Shown here: piece by piece, positions 31,554 to 41,375 of the stretch
How the letters are laid out: every line of letters starts with the position of its first letter
How positions within the stretch are numbered: position 1 is the stretch's first letter
DNA from: an uncultured Spirochaetota bacterium
GTDB lineage: Bacteria > Spirochaetota > UBA4802 > UBA5550
Length of the DNA stretch: 64,000 bases
Assembly: GCA_963827275.1 (NCBI GenBank)
Contig: CAWHAA010000010.1
Coordinates: 416,001-480,000 of the forward strand
Direction: 5' to 3'
Notes under the pieces: generated by a model
Database searches by the model: none
Told to the model about the DNA's origin: nothing
What the model saw: the letters and a program-made list of their open reading frames with translations, nothing else
Made by a program: the position numbers and the translations under genes

Positions 31554-32558
31554 ATGAACTGCGAACAGGTCAAAATGATCCTGGCCGACTACCGCGACGG
31601 CACAATCACCGAAAGCGAGCGGGCGATGGTGGACGCCCACCTGAAGGTCTGCGATGACTGCAGGGAAGAGCTCCGGTTCCTGAAAAAATACAAAACCGCG
31701 ATCAGACGGTACCCTGCCCTCCAGGCGCCTGACGGCCTTCTTGAGGAAGTACACCGAGGGATTGAGAGTCAAAAACGGGGCGGGATCGTGCGGGCACTGT
31801 TTTTCCCGCTCCGCGTCAAGGTCCCCCTTGAAGCGGCCGCGCTGCTGGCGCTGGCCCTGACAGGGGTGCTCGTATTCAAGCCGTACAAGACATCGATGCT
31901 CGATTATAGCGCCGAGCATCAGACCGCCGTTACCCGACAGAGCGCGCCTTCCGGTGCGGACGCAGCGCGCGCCGCCGCGACGAACCAACGCCGGACCGCG
32001 AAAATCGACGGGACGGCCCGGGATAAAAAGCGGGAGGCGCCCGCGGCCCCGGAGCGGGAAGGGATATCGGTGACCGCCACCTCGCGGCAGGACGCGCCGC
32101 TGACCGAAAAATCGGCTGACGCGCGGGAAGTTGAGGAGATCACCATCTCGATGCGGATGAAAGCCGCTCCGGCCGAAGAACCGGCCCCCGGGGATTCCGT
32201 CAGGCAGGAGGAATCCGAATCGACCGCCGGCGTCCTGACCGGGGACGCCCGGAAGACATTGCGGTCAAACGCCATGACGGGAACGCCACGGGCCATGAAG
32301 GCCGGGCCGGCCGGCCGTGATACAAAAACGACGGAAACCATTGACGGCCTTGCCAGGTCCCTCGGCGGTAAAATAATACAAGAAGAGACAGACGATGAAA
32401 CGGGCGGCGTCAGGTCCGTTGTGGTAGAGCTCCCTGCGGGGAACTACAATCAATTCATCGGCGGGATGAGGGCCCGGTGGACCATCCTCGGACAGACCCC
32501 GGCGGCGCCGCCCGCCGGCACCGGCACCGTCCGCATCACCATGCATGTCCGTGATTGA
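31554..32558 (+). CDS. Zinc-finger (zf-HC2) membrane anti-sigma factor
   Basis: MNC...AHLKVCDDCREEL; one TM; adjacent to the sigma factor. Confidence 0.88.
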   Translation: MNCEQVKMILADYRDGTITESERAMVDAHLKVCDDCREELRFLKKYKTAIRRYPALQAPDGLLEEVHRGIESQKRGGIVRALFFPLRVKVPLEAAALLALALTGVLVFKPYKTSMLDYSAEHQTAVTRQSAPSGADAARAAATNQRRTAKIDGTARDKKREAPAAPEREGISVTATSRQDAPLTEKSADAREVEEITISMRMKAAPAEEPAPGDSVRQEESESTAGVLTGDARKTLRSNAMTGTPRAMKAGPAGRDTKTTETIDGLARSLGGKIIQEETDDETGGVRSVVVELPAGNYNQFIGGMRARWTILGQTPAAPPAGTGTVRITMHVRD

Positions 32559-32559
32559 T

Positions 32560-33006
32560 TTACCCGCGCGCCAGCCGGTCGAGAATAAGGCCGAAAAATC
32601 CGTCACTGACTGATTCGTACCGCCACCCCAGGTGCACATGGCACGAGGCGCACACGACGTAGCACCAGGCGTAGCCGGGAAACCACGTGTATTCCCCGGT
32701 GAACCCGCCGACCGCCAGGCATCCCCCCGCGCCGGAAAAACAGCCGACATGGAACACCACGCCCCCGGGGTTTTTACAGATATGGTCATGCGAGCCGTTC
32801 ACGACGATGCTGTCCGCATCCGAGGTCACCTGGTTGCCGCATACCGCGCAGTGAAGCCGGTGTTCTTCTTCGCCGGCGGCATTGCGCTCCGATTCCTCGC
32901 GGCCGATACCGGCATTGGACCTCGCGTCAGTGCGCTGGAGCAGGCATGCCGGTGCGGCCGCGCCGCCGCCCGTTCCCGGGCATTCCCTCTCATGGACGTC
33001 TTCCAT
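32560..33006 (-). CDS. Cereblon-like (CULT domain) protein
   Basis: CAVC, NPGGVVF, TWFPGYAW, CASCHVHLGWRY, FFGLI. Confidence 0.9.
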   Translation of the reverse strand: MEDVHERECPGTGGGAAAPACLLQRTDARSNAGIGREESERNAAGEEEHRLHCAVCGNQVTSDADSIVVNGSHDHICKNPGGVVFHVGCFSGAGGCLAVGGFTGEYTWFPGYAWCYVVCASCHVHLGWRYESVSDGFFGLILDRLARG

Positions 33007-33012
33007 GAGGAA

Positions 33013-33088
33013 AATATAGCCATCCCGCGGCGATTTGTCAATTCCCCTGAAGAAGTCTCTTGACACGGCCATCATCAATTTCTATACT
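33013..33088. promoter_or_regulatory. Back-to-back sigma70-type promoters
   Basis: Minus: TTGACA(33041-33036)-17-TATATT(33018-33013). Plus: TTGACA(33060-33065)-17-TATACT(33083-33088). Confidence 0.7.
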
Positions 33089-33136
33089 CAACCGCAGCAG
33101 ACGCGATAGAACACAAACCAGAAGAAGGACGCCCCG

Positions 33137-34840
33137 ATGAAACAGAACAGCACCACCGCACGCGCGGCCATCACCGCGCTGATACTGCTCGCGGGCATCG
33201 GCTACGGCGTTTTTTATTTCAACTATTTCGAAACGCCCTCCGGCGATTATATCGGCAACATACGGGGCCCGGTGCTGCAGTACATGGGGGGCGATTTCCC
33301 GGGAACGAACTTCAAGTTCCTCCCCTTCTTCCCGCTGCTGCTCTCGGTGCTGACACGGGTGAACCCCTTCCCGGCGGAGGACCCGGTCTACCTGACCGCG
33401 ATGATCCTCAACATGGCGCTGCTGCTCCCCTATCTTGTCCTCGCGTTCCTTGTCTATCGGAGGTTCCTCGCGGAAAAGGCAGCGATGGCGGCGCTCATCA
33501 TCCTCGGGACGAACATCTATACCGTGTACATGGCGGTCAACGCCGAGCTCGAGATGACGCTGACGACGATGATACTCCTGTCGCTCTACCTTGCGCTGCG
33601 GGACTCAAAGCTGTCCTACGCGACGGCGTTTTTCACCGCCTTCACCAAGTGGGACTCGGTCTTCATCGTCCCGGCGGTCATGTTCAGGGACTTTTTCTAT
33701 CGCAACAAAAAGCCGCTCTCCCTTGTTCTCGGGACCCTGGCCGCGGCCGGGGTTGCGACATGGCTGGCGCTCAGCTTTATGGCCACGAAGAGCCACCCCT
33801 ACGTCGCTGAAATCGCGCACCGGGGCCCCAACGTCTACCGGTATATCCTCGACTGTTTCCTGGTCGCCGGCAGCTTCATCCAATGGATGGCCGGCCACGC
33901 GTGGTACATGCAAAACACCGCCCTGAAGCTGTCCATGCTGGCGTTCCTGGCCATACCCGCCGCGGCCGTCATTATCGGGATCCCGTGGGGCATGGTGCTT
34001 GTCTGGAAAAAACAGCGCAGGGAATTCGCGCCGGTCTTCATGTTCTTCGCGGGGTTCCTCCTCATCCACCTGGTGTACCAGAACACCAAGGACCGCTACG
34101 TCATGCCGATCCTCTGGATACTGACGCTCTTCCTCGTCACCGGCGTCACCGGCGGGCTGTGGCCGCGGCTCTCCGCGGCATGGGACCGCATGAAGCCGAA
34201 AACGCGCGTCGCTGCGGCCGCCCTTCTCGGCGCCGCGGCGGCCGCGCTGTATGCCGCGACCCTGGCGGCCATCGCGATCGACGATACCCCCGCGCATGTC
34301 GCGTTCGCCCTTGCCTTCACCGCGCTGATGGCCGCGGTCGTGACATGCGGGAGCGGCAGGCAGAAGACCGCTTCCGCCGCGTTCATGGCGCTGGCGTGCG
34401 GCGTGCTCATCAACCTGTCGGTATATTACGGCGTGCGCGCCCTGGACCATCACGGTCTCTCACGGGTGGAATTCAAGCAGGCGGCGCTCTGGTTCAGGGA
34501 GAACGCCGGCCCGCGGGACAGAATGCTCATCTCGGAAACCAACGTTCCGATGTACTACTCAGGCTTCGGCCCCGAACGCTTTGCCGTCTCCTTTTTTATC
34601 AACGGGAAGACCGTCGAGGAACTGGTCCCCGAGCTCAGGGCCATGAAGGTCACCCACGTCTTTGTTGACGACTTCTACATACGGCGCCTGCCGATCAGGG
34701 ACCCGAACGCCATAGACCGGAGGGCCTGGGTCTTCAGGGAGATCCGGGACCGCGGCGCACAGAGCGGCCATTTCACGCTGATCAGGACCTTTCACACGAA
34801 GGGCGGCATTACGAGCTACCTGTACCGGTTCGTTCCGTGA
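33137..34840 (+). CDS. Multi-TM GT-C-type (ArnT/PMT-like) glycosyltransferase
   Basis: More than 10 TM; acidic first loop; FTKWD; DRYVMP; soluble C-terminal domain; upstream of a GT2. Confidence 0.65.
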   Translation: MKQNSTTARAAITALILLAGIGYGVFYFNYFETPSGDYIGNIRGPVLQYMGGDFPGTNFKFLPFFPLLLSVLTRVNPFPAEDPVYLTAMILNMALLLPYLVLAFLVYRRFLAEKAAMAALIILGTNIYTVYMAVNAELEMTLTTMILLSLYLALRDSKLSYATAFFTAFTKWDSVFIVPAVMFRDFFYRNKKPLSLVLGTLAAAGVATWLALSFMATKSHPYVAEIAHRGPNVYRYILDCFLVAGSFIQWMAGHAWYMQNTALKLSMLAFLAIPAAAVIIGIPWGMVLVWKKQRREFAPVFMFFAGFLLIHLVYQNTKDRYVMPILWILTLFLVTGVTGGLWPRLSAAWDRMKPKTRVAAAALLGAAAAALYAATLAAIAIDDTPAHVAFALAFTALMAAVVTCGSGRQKTASAAFMALACGVLINLSVYYGVRALDHHGLSRVEFKQAALWFRENAGPRDRMLISETNVPMYYSGFGPERFAVSFFINGKTVEELVPELRAMKVTHVFVDDFYIRRLPIRDPNAIDRRAWVFREIRDRGAQSGHFTLIRTFHTKGGITSYLYRFVP

Positions 34841-34966
34841 TGCGTCCGCAAGAAATAATCAATCCGTAGCTGAAATTAACTTGAACAATTCCGCCCGCTG
34901 CCGGATAATACCCGATACGCGGCAATCCGCGCACCGATGCCGCGGCCGCGGTCCAGAGGTAAGAAG

Positions 34967-35932
34967 ATGAAGCTGATCATTCAGATCCCCTGTTACAACG
35001 AAGAAAAGACGCTCCCCGTGGCGCTCCGCGAGCTCCCGCGGAAGCTCCCCGGCGTTGATACGGTGGAGTGGCTCATCATCGACGACGGCAGCCATGACAA
35101 CACGGTCGAGGTCGCAAAAAAGCACGGCGTGGACCACGTCGTCCGCTTCAAGAAAAACCGGGGCCTCGCCGAGGGGTTCAAGGCGGGCATCGACGCCTGT
35201 GTCGCGCTGGGCGCAGATATCATCGTCAACACCGACGCGGACAACCAGTACCATGCGGGCGATATCCCGAAGCTGATACAGCCGATCCTGGACGGCAAGG
35301 CGGACATCGTGATCGGCGCCCGCCCCATCTCCCAGATCAAGCATTTTTCCATCGTCAAGAAACTGCTGCAGAAGCTCGGCAGCTACGTGGTGCGGCGCCT
35401 GAGCGCCACGGACATCCCGGACGCGCCAAGCGGCTTCCGGGCCTTCAGCAGGGACGCCGCTCTGAAGCTCAACGTGTTCAACAGGTACACCTACACCCTG
35501 GAAACCATCATTCAGGCGGGGCGGAAGAACATGGCCATCACGTGGGTGCCGGTACGGGTCAACGAAGACCTGCGGCCGTCGCGGCTGGTGAAGAGCATCC
35601 CGAGCTACATCAAGCGGTCCATCATCACCATTTTCAGAATATTCGTCGTGTATGAGCCGTTCAGCTTCTTCATACGGATAGGGGGGTTCCTTTTTGCGAT
35701 CGGCACGATCATCTGCGCCAGGTTCCTCTATTTTTATTTCACCGGGTTAGGCAGCGGCCACATACAGTCCCTCATCCTCGCCAGCATACTCATGCTGATG
35801 GGGTTCATGTCGATCCTGGCGGCATTCATCGTCGACCTGATGGCGGTCAACCGCATCCTCATGGAGGACATCCAGTACAGGATCAGGAAGTCCGGCATCC
35901 AGGAACACGGCCGCGGCGCCGGGCGAAAATAG
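34967..35932 (+). CDS. GT2 glycosyltransferase (polyprenol-phosphate sugar synthase-like)
   Basis: IQIPCYNEE, IIDDGSHD, NTDADNQY, DAPSGFRAF; two C-terminal TM. Confidence 0.92.
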   Translation: MKLIIQIPCYNEEKTLPVALRELPRKLPGVDTVEWLIIDDGSHDNTVEVAKKHGVDHVVRFKKNRGLAEGFKAGIDACVALGADIIVNTDADNQYHAGDIPKLIQPILDGKADIVIGARPISQIKHFSIVKKLLQKLGSYVVRRLSATDIPDAPSGFRAFSRDAALKLNVFNRYTYTLETIIQAGRKNMAITWVPVRVNEDLRPSRLVKSIPSYIKRSIITIFRIFVVYEPFSFFIRIGGFLFAIGTIICARFLYFYFTGLGSGHIQSLILASILMLMGFMSILAAFIVDLMAVNRILMEDIQYRIRKSGIQEHGRGAGRK

Positions 35933-35935
35933 CCG

Positions 35936-36964
35936 ATGGCCGGCCCCGGTATCCAGCCGCCCCCGCAGAGCGCGGAAGCCGTCCTCACCGAGCGGAAGAG
36001 GCGCATCTTCAGCGTAAAGACCCTGGTCCTGCTCGCGCTTTCGATCGCCATCGCCTACTTCCTGGCCGGCAAGCTTGACCTCGGCAGGTCCTTCGACATC
36101 ATCCGGAACGCGAACGTGTGGCTGATAGCCGCGTCGTGCGCCGTCTATTTCTTGTCGAACTTCTTCAAGATGCTCCGGTTCCGCGTGATGCTGTCCGGCT
36201 CCGGCATCCCCCTCTTCGCCCTCTACTCGATCACCAGCTATCACAATTTCTTCAATCAGATCATGCCCGCCCGCACCGGCGAGCTTACCTTCGTCTACTA
36301 TCTCAAGAAAATCGGGAACGTTGACATATCGAAGGGCCTTCACATACTCGTCGTGACCAGGATCTTCGACTTCATCGTCATATCCGCGTTCTTCATCTGC
36401 TCGCTGGTGCTCTTCTTCGGGGCGAAGACATCGATAGCGCTCGTGGTCCTCGGCGTGATATTTTTTATCGTCTCTATCGTCACCCTGTTCAACCTGAAAT
36501 GGCTGGTGATATGGTCCGGGAAGCTGTTCCACATAACGACCGCGCGCTTCAAGCTCCAGGATACGCCGTTCGTCGCGAAGGTCCTGGGGAAAATCGATAT
36601 CGTGGTTGAGGAGTTTTCCTCGTTTAAAGCCGGCCGGCTCGCGCCGATGCTGGCACTGACCAGCATGCTCACCTGGGGGGCGCTCTATTTCCTCTTTTTC
36701 CTGACGATACGCTCCTTCGGGATCGATATCGGCTTCATCCAGTCGGTGGCCGGCTCCACCGGCGGCGTCCTGACCAATGTGCTGCCGATCAACAGCTTCG
36801 GGAGCTTCGGCACGCTCGAAGCGGGATGGACCGGCGGCTTCCTCCTGGTGGGGATGAACGAGCACGACGCCATCTTCACCGGGTTCGGCTACCACGCGAT
36901 CAGCTTTTTCGCGAGCGCGCTCATCGCGCTTGTGTGCTTCATCGTAACGAAGATACGGAAATAA
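35936..36964 (+). CDS. Lysylphosphatidylglycerol-synthase-TM (flippase-like) protein
   Basis: FFNQIMPARTGE, RIFDF, PINSFGSFGTLEAG. Confidence 0.85.
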   Translation: MAGPGIQPPPQSAEAVLTERKRRIFSVKTLVLLALSIAIAYFLAGKLDLGRSFDIIRNANVWLIAASCAVYFLSNFFKMLRFRVMLSGSGIPLFALYSITSYHNFFNQIMPARTGELTFVYYLKKIGNVDISKGLHILVVTRIFDFIVISAFFICSLVLFFGAKTSIALVVLGVIFFIVSIVTLFNLKWLVIWSGKLFHITTARFKLQDTPFVAKVLGKIDIVVEEFSSFKAGRLAPMLALTSMLTWGALYFLFFLTIRSFGIDIGFIQSVAGSTGGVLTNVLPINSFGSFGTLEAGWTGGFLLVGMNEHDAIFTGFGYHAISFFASALIALVCFIVTKIRK

Positions 36965-36965
36965 C

Positions 36966-37068
36966 GGCCCCTGTCCGGCGCTTTTTCTGCTGAAGGAGGC
37001 TTGTTTTTAGAGGGGGTAATTGCTGATAAAACGCATTCAGCCACATAGGCCGCAACCTGTGAGGATGC
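36966..37068. repeat. MITE-like repeat, copy 1
   Basis: GGCCCCTGTCC..GCTTTTTCTGCTG ... CATTCAGCCACATAGGCCGCAACCTGTGAG, shared with 37925 and 38479. Confidence 0.85.
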
Positions 37069-37086
37069 AGATTATTATTGAGTTAA

Positions 37087-37818
37087 TCAGGAATTTTCCG
37101 GAGATTGTCCGCCATCAAACCGATACAGTATTGAAAAATCGGCAAATCTGTCAAAACCATGCCCATACATGATATAATTTTTCTGGAAAAGCCCTCCCAA
37201 CCTAAACGCAATACCGCCCAAGGACGCATTATATTTTAATCCTCCGCTTATGGACAGGATGACATTTTTTGCGGTTATAATATTGATCCCGAGTACAAGT
37301 CCGAGGTGCAAAGACCCCATATTGTATTTCGCAACATTATACCATGTTTTCAATATATATACCATCAATGGTTCTGCGGCCACAAAAGCTGTATTGCCAT
37401 AATGCGCATCGCATATATTATATCGTGTTTTGCCGAAGATGTAATGCACTCCTATCTGTGGTCCCAGCCAAAGGTTCATATAATTCTTTTTTAACAATGA
37501 AAAACAGAATGTATTATCAAAATTGAAGCGTGAGAGCTTTTGAGTATAGCCTGCATTAATTGCATAATAATCCAGAGAGAGATTAAAGCGATGGATATAG
37601 TTTTTATAAGGTGTCTGGTAATCCAAAACCAGACCACCGCCGGCATTCAACATGTATGCGTAATCTTTATCATGCGATTCCCTGTGAAACGGGTTTTCTC
37701 CATACCAGATCATTTCTCCGCTGCCCGCAGTCATTGATACCCCGATATCAAGAGCCTGCGCGGGTCCGCTTGACACAGCCGCTATTATTAATAATACAAC
37801 AAAACATGTCTGTTTCAT
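37087..37818 (-). CDS. AT-rich secreted protein, possible outer-membrane beta-barrel
   Basis: Signal peptide; beta-strand pattern ending FSILYRF; visibly lower GC than the flanks. Confidence 0.7.
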   Translation of the reverse strand: MKQTCFVVLLIIAAVSSGPAQALDIGVSMTAGSGEMIWYGENPFHRESHDKDYAYMLNAGGGLVLDYQTPYKNYIHRFNLSLDYYAINAGYTQKLSRFNFDNTFCFSLLKKNYMNLWLGPQIGVHYIFGKTRYNICDAHYGNTAFVAAEPLMVYILKTWYNVAKYNMGSLHLGLVLGINIITAKNVILSISGGLKYNASLGGIAFRLGGLFQKNYIMYGHGFDRFADFSILYRFDGGQSPENS

Positions 37819-37924
37819 AATACCCCCCCCCCGAGGATTTAATTGATACAGAATAACAAAACATTGGTTGAAAATTCAGTAAATCATAATTTCGCTAAAA
37901 CCGAGAAATGTCAATAAAATTTAT

Positions 37925-38070
37925 AGCCCCTGTCCCGCGCTTTTTCTGCTGGAGGGTGCTTAATTTGAGAGGGGGTCGGCTTCAGATAAAACGCATTCAG
38001 CCGCATAGGCCGCAACCTATGAGTCTGCTTTTTCCTGTGTATTAAAAATTCTGATTTTTCGAGGTTCCCT
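37925..38070. repeat. MITE-like repeat, copy 2
   Basis: AGCCCCTGTCC..GCTTTTTCTGCTG ... CATTCAGCCGCATAGGCCGCAACCTATGAG..TGCTTTTTCCTGTGTATTAAA; ends TTTTTCGAGGTTCCC. Confidence 0.85.
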
Positions 38071-38074
38071 AATA

Positions 38075-38440
38075 TTAGATAAGCCAGGATATTGCTTCTT
38101 CTTTATCCTGAAATAACGATAATAAAAGGTTCTGATTGACGCATACGGTTTCAAAGAATCTATAGTGTTCCCAGTGTTCTGGTTTAATTATGAGTGCTAT
38201 TTTATAATTCAATCTTGTTACACTTTCTTTTAATTCTTCAGGCCGCTCATAAATGTCCACTACACTTCCGATCACTTTTTCTAAATTACGATGATCAATT
38301 AAAACCTTCTTGAAATTATTGGCTTCCGCTTCGTTAATGACAGCTTTCGCCATTTTTAATGAGCTATCTTTGTCAGCAATGCCCCTTGAAATAACTTCGA
38401 TGTATTCATGCTCATCATTGATTATAATATCCCACTCCAT
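38075..38440 (-). CDS. AT-rich small alpha/beta protein (STAS/SpoIIAA-like)
   Basis: KVLIDHRNL, KIALII, FFETVCVN, F.DKEEAISWL; low GC. Confidence 0.7.
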   Translation of the reverse strand: MEWDIIINDEHEYIEVISRGIADKDSSLKMAKAVINEAEANNFKKVLIDHRNLEKVIGSVVDIYERPEELKESVTRLNYKIALIIKPEHWEHYRFFETVCVNQNLLLSLFQDKEEAISWLI

Positions 38441-38478
38441 AAGCTTCCCCTATATTTCTAAAAATAACTAAATTTCAA

Positions 38479-38636
38479 GGCCTCTGTCCAGAACTTTTTG
38501 TGTCGAAAATATAAGGCTGATCTCTCATGGTAGCTACCGATACCATTCAGCCGCATAGGCCGCAACCTATGAGTATGCTTTTTCCTATGTATTAAAGTAA
38601 GTCTGATCACCCCAGCCACCTGCGGGAGACAGGGGG
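38479..38636. repeat. MITE-like repeat, copy 3 (appears complete)
   Basis: Starts GGCCTCTGTCC, same central hairpin core, ends GAGACAGGGGG (imperfect inverted end). Confidence 0.8.
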
Positions 38637-38725
38637 TTTTTGACACCGGGGTTCATTCCTTCATATATTTTTTTCCTTGACGGGCGTGTCCGCAGCCCGA
38701 CAATAGCGGAAATCAGAGTAAAACC

Positions 38726-39910
38726 ATGGGAATGAGCGTAGAAAACCTTTCAATCGTAGCGATGCGGGCGCTGCAGCGCAACAAGATGAGGACCCTCCTC
38801 ACCTGCCTCGGCATATTCATCGGCGTGCTGTCCGTCATCGCCCTCACCGGCGTCAGCAACAGCCTCCGGGTCGCGGTGCGGGAGAAGATCCAGAGCTTCG
38901 GCACCACCGCGATCATGATGATGTCCGTCAAGAAGCCGTTCACCGACAGCGACCTGAAAGACATCCGACGCTCCGTCCCCGAGGTCGAATACATCACGCC
39001 GATGAACTCCTGGGAGTTCCCGGTCAAATACAAGAACAAGAACCTGAACCGCAAGGTGTACGGCGTCAGCAACGAATACTTCAGCATGGGCAACTGGGAG
39101 TTTGAAAGCGGCGGATGCTTCACCAATGACGAACTCAACGCCCGCGACAAGGTCGTCGTCATCGGGAGCAGCATCAAGAAGCATTTTTTCGAGGGCGAGG
39201 ACCCCATCGGCAAGGTCATCCTCATAAACCGCATCCCCTTCAGGGTCATCGGCTCGCTCCAGGAAAAGGGGATGTCGCTCGGGGGCGCCGACTTCGACGA
39301 TTTCATCGCGGGCCCCTACACCACCATGGCGTCGAAGCTGTTCGGCACGAACAATTTCTTCATCATCAACATATCCGCATATTCCGAGGACCAGGTCGAC
39401 GACGCGAAGAACAACCTCCTGGACATGCTGCAAAAAAAATACAACCTCAGCGCCGAGCAGCTGCAGGACTACCGGATCAACTCCTTCAAGGAAGCCATAC
39501 AGAAAACCGAGGAGATCAGCGGGCTCCTCTCCCTCGCCATGGTGGTCATCGCCTTCATATCGCTGGTGGTGGGAGGGATCGGCATCATGAACATCATGCT
39601 CGCGTCAGTGAGCGAGCGGACCCACGAGATCGGCATCCGCATGGCGATCGGGGCGAAAACGAACGACATACTCAGGCAGTTCCTCATCGAGGCGATCATC
39701 GTCAGCTCCATGGGCGGCATCTCCGGGATAATAATGGGGGTCGTGCTTTACTTCTTCTACACCCTGGCGATGGGCCAGCCCTTCATCCTTTCGATGGTGT
39801 CGATCGTGGCGTCGTTCGCCTTCTCCGCGCTGGTCGGCGTCGCGTTCGGATATTACCCCGCGAGAAAGGCGTCCCGCCTCAATCCCATCGACGCGCTCAG
39901 GTACGAATAG
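38726..39910 (+). CDS. MacB/FtsX-like ABC transporter permease
   Basis: RNKMRTLLTCLGIFIGV, GGIGIMNIMLASVSERTHEIGIRMAIGA, YPARKASRLNPIDALRYE. Confidence 0.93.
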   Translation: MGMSVENLSIVAMRALQRNKMRTLLTCLGIFIGVLSVIALTGVSNSLRVAVREKIQSFGTTAIMMMSVKKPFTDSDLKDIRRSVPEVEYITPMNSWEFPVKYKNKNLNRKVYGVSNEYFSMGNWEFESGGCFTNDELNARDKVVVIGSSIKKHFFEGEDPIGKVILINRIPFRVIGSLQEKGMSLGGADFDDFIAGPYTTMASKLFGTNNFFIINISAYSEDQVDDAKNNLLDMLQKKYNLSAEQLQDYRINSFKEAIQKTEEISGLLSLAMVVIAFISLVVGGIGIMNIMLASVSERTHEIGIRMAIGAKTNDILRQFLIEAIIVSSMGGISGIIMGVVLYFFYTLAMGQPFILSMVSIVASFAFSALVGVAFGYYPARKASRLNPIDALRYE

Positions 39911-39996
39911 CCGCGCGCCCTGTTGCATTAATGATACAACTGTATTCTTTTATCACTCGCGGTTGTGTCCCGCCGGAAAAAATCAGCACTTAATCC

Positions 39997-40025
39997 TTGA
40001 CATAGAAATTTTATAGTTTTAATCT
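39997..40025 (+). promoter_or_regulatory. Sigma70-type promoter for the second glycosylation cluster
   Basis: TTGACA-17-TAATCT. Confidence 0.5.
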
Positions 40026-40175
40026 GACGGCGCATGAGGGGCTCCATGTGGAAAAAATTTTCCTGTTTCCACCCGTCATCCGCTGCACGGCGCCATGGTT
40101 ACGCTATGAAGGAGCTACGCTGAAAAACCATTGCCGTGCCCGGTAATAATTAATGTTCAACGGACTGCGCCAATT

Positions 40176-41375
40176 ATGAAAAAAGTGAAAAAGATCAGGG
40201 TCGCGCTCTTCACTGACGTGTTGAAGGAAAATTATGACGGCGTCACCTACACGCTCTACAATATCATCGAGAGGATCCCGAAAGACCGGTTCGAATTCAT
40301 TTTCATCACGCCCTTCCCCCCGTCGGAGAACGTCAGGCTTCCGTTCCCGGTCATTGTATGCCGGTCCTTCAAACTGCCCCTCTATGCCGAATACCTGGTC
40401 GGGTTCCCCTACTTCGACAAAAACCTTGAAAAGGCGCTCGCCGACTTCAAGCCCGACCTCGTCCATTTCGCCTCGCCGTCATTTCTCGGCCGCTACGCGC
40501 TGCGGTACGCGCAGAAGCACGGCATCCCGGTGACCAGCACGTACCATACCCACTTTCCCATGTATGTCGATTATTACTTCAAATATCTCCCATTCCTGAA
40601 ATTCCTCAAGTATCTGGTGCCGGTCATTCTCCGCTTTTATTACAACAACTGCGAAATCGTATACGTGCCGACCAGACCCGTTCTCGAGGACCTCGCCGCG
40701 GTGGGCATAGAGCGCAGGCGGATGATGATATGGGCCCGCGGCATCGACACTGAAAATTTCAATCCCCGCAAGCGCGACAACGTCTTCATCGACGGCCTGT
40801 GCGGCAAGGGAACGATACGGATCCTCTTCGTCAGCAGGCTCTTCTGGATCAAGGAGATCACGACGATCGTGAGGATATATAAAAAGCTCCGGGCGAGCCT
40901 CCCCGAGGCAAAAATAGTGATCACCGGCGACGGCCCGCAGCGCCGGTACATGGAAAAGAAGATGCCCGACGCGGTCTTCACCGGCAAGCTGCTCAACAAC
41001 GAGCTGTCAAGAATATACGCTTCCTGCGACATCTTCCTCTTCCCGTCAATAACCGAGACCTTCGGCAACGTGAACCTGGAAGCGATGGCCTCCGGGCTGC
41101 CGGTCGTGGCGGCGGCGAAGGGCGGTCAGTGCGGCATCGTGGAGGAAGGCGTCACCGGCTACCTCGTCGAGCCGAAAAACACCGACGCCTTCTGCGAAAA
41201 AATCGAATACCTGGCCAGGAACCCCGAAGCGAGAAAACAGATGGGGAAAAAGGCGGTCGCGTACGCCCGCACCCAGAAGTGGGACATCCTGTGCGACGCG
41301 ATGTTCGCGTCATACGAAAAGGCCGTCGCGGCCAACATCGCCCGGAGCGGGGGGCCGAATGAAGCTGCCGTCTGA
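40176..41375 (+). CDS. GT4 (GT-B) glycosyltransferase
   Basis: TYHTHF, RGIDTENF, FPSITETFGNVNLEAMASGLPVV. Confidence 0.93.
   Translation: MKKVKKIRVALFTDVLKENYDGVTYTLYNIIERIPKDRFEFIFITPFPPSENVRLPFPVIVCRSFKLPLYAEYLVGFPYFDKNLEKALADFKPDLVHFASPSFLGRYALRYAQKHGIPVTSTYHTHFPMYVDYYFKYLPFLKFLKYLVPVILRFYYNNCEIVYVPTRPVLEDLAAVGIERRRMMIWARGIDTENFNPRKRDNVFIDGLCGKGTIRILFVSRLFWIKEITTIVRIYKKLRASLPEAKIVITGDGPQRRYMEKKMPDAVFTGKLLNNELSRIYASCDIFLFPSITETFGNVNLEAMASGLPVVAAAKGGQCGIVEEGVTGYLVEPKNTDAFCEKIEYLARNPEARKQMGKKAVAYARTQKWDILCDAMFASYEKAVAANIARSGGPNEAAV

Noticed and set aside
36966..38636. Classical integron attC cassette array
   Set aside because: No RYYYAAC/GTTRRRY boxes or long imperfect attC palindrome, and no intI in the window; reported as a different cassette-like repeat instead.
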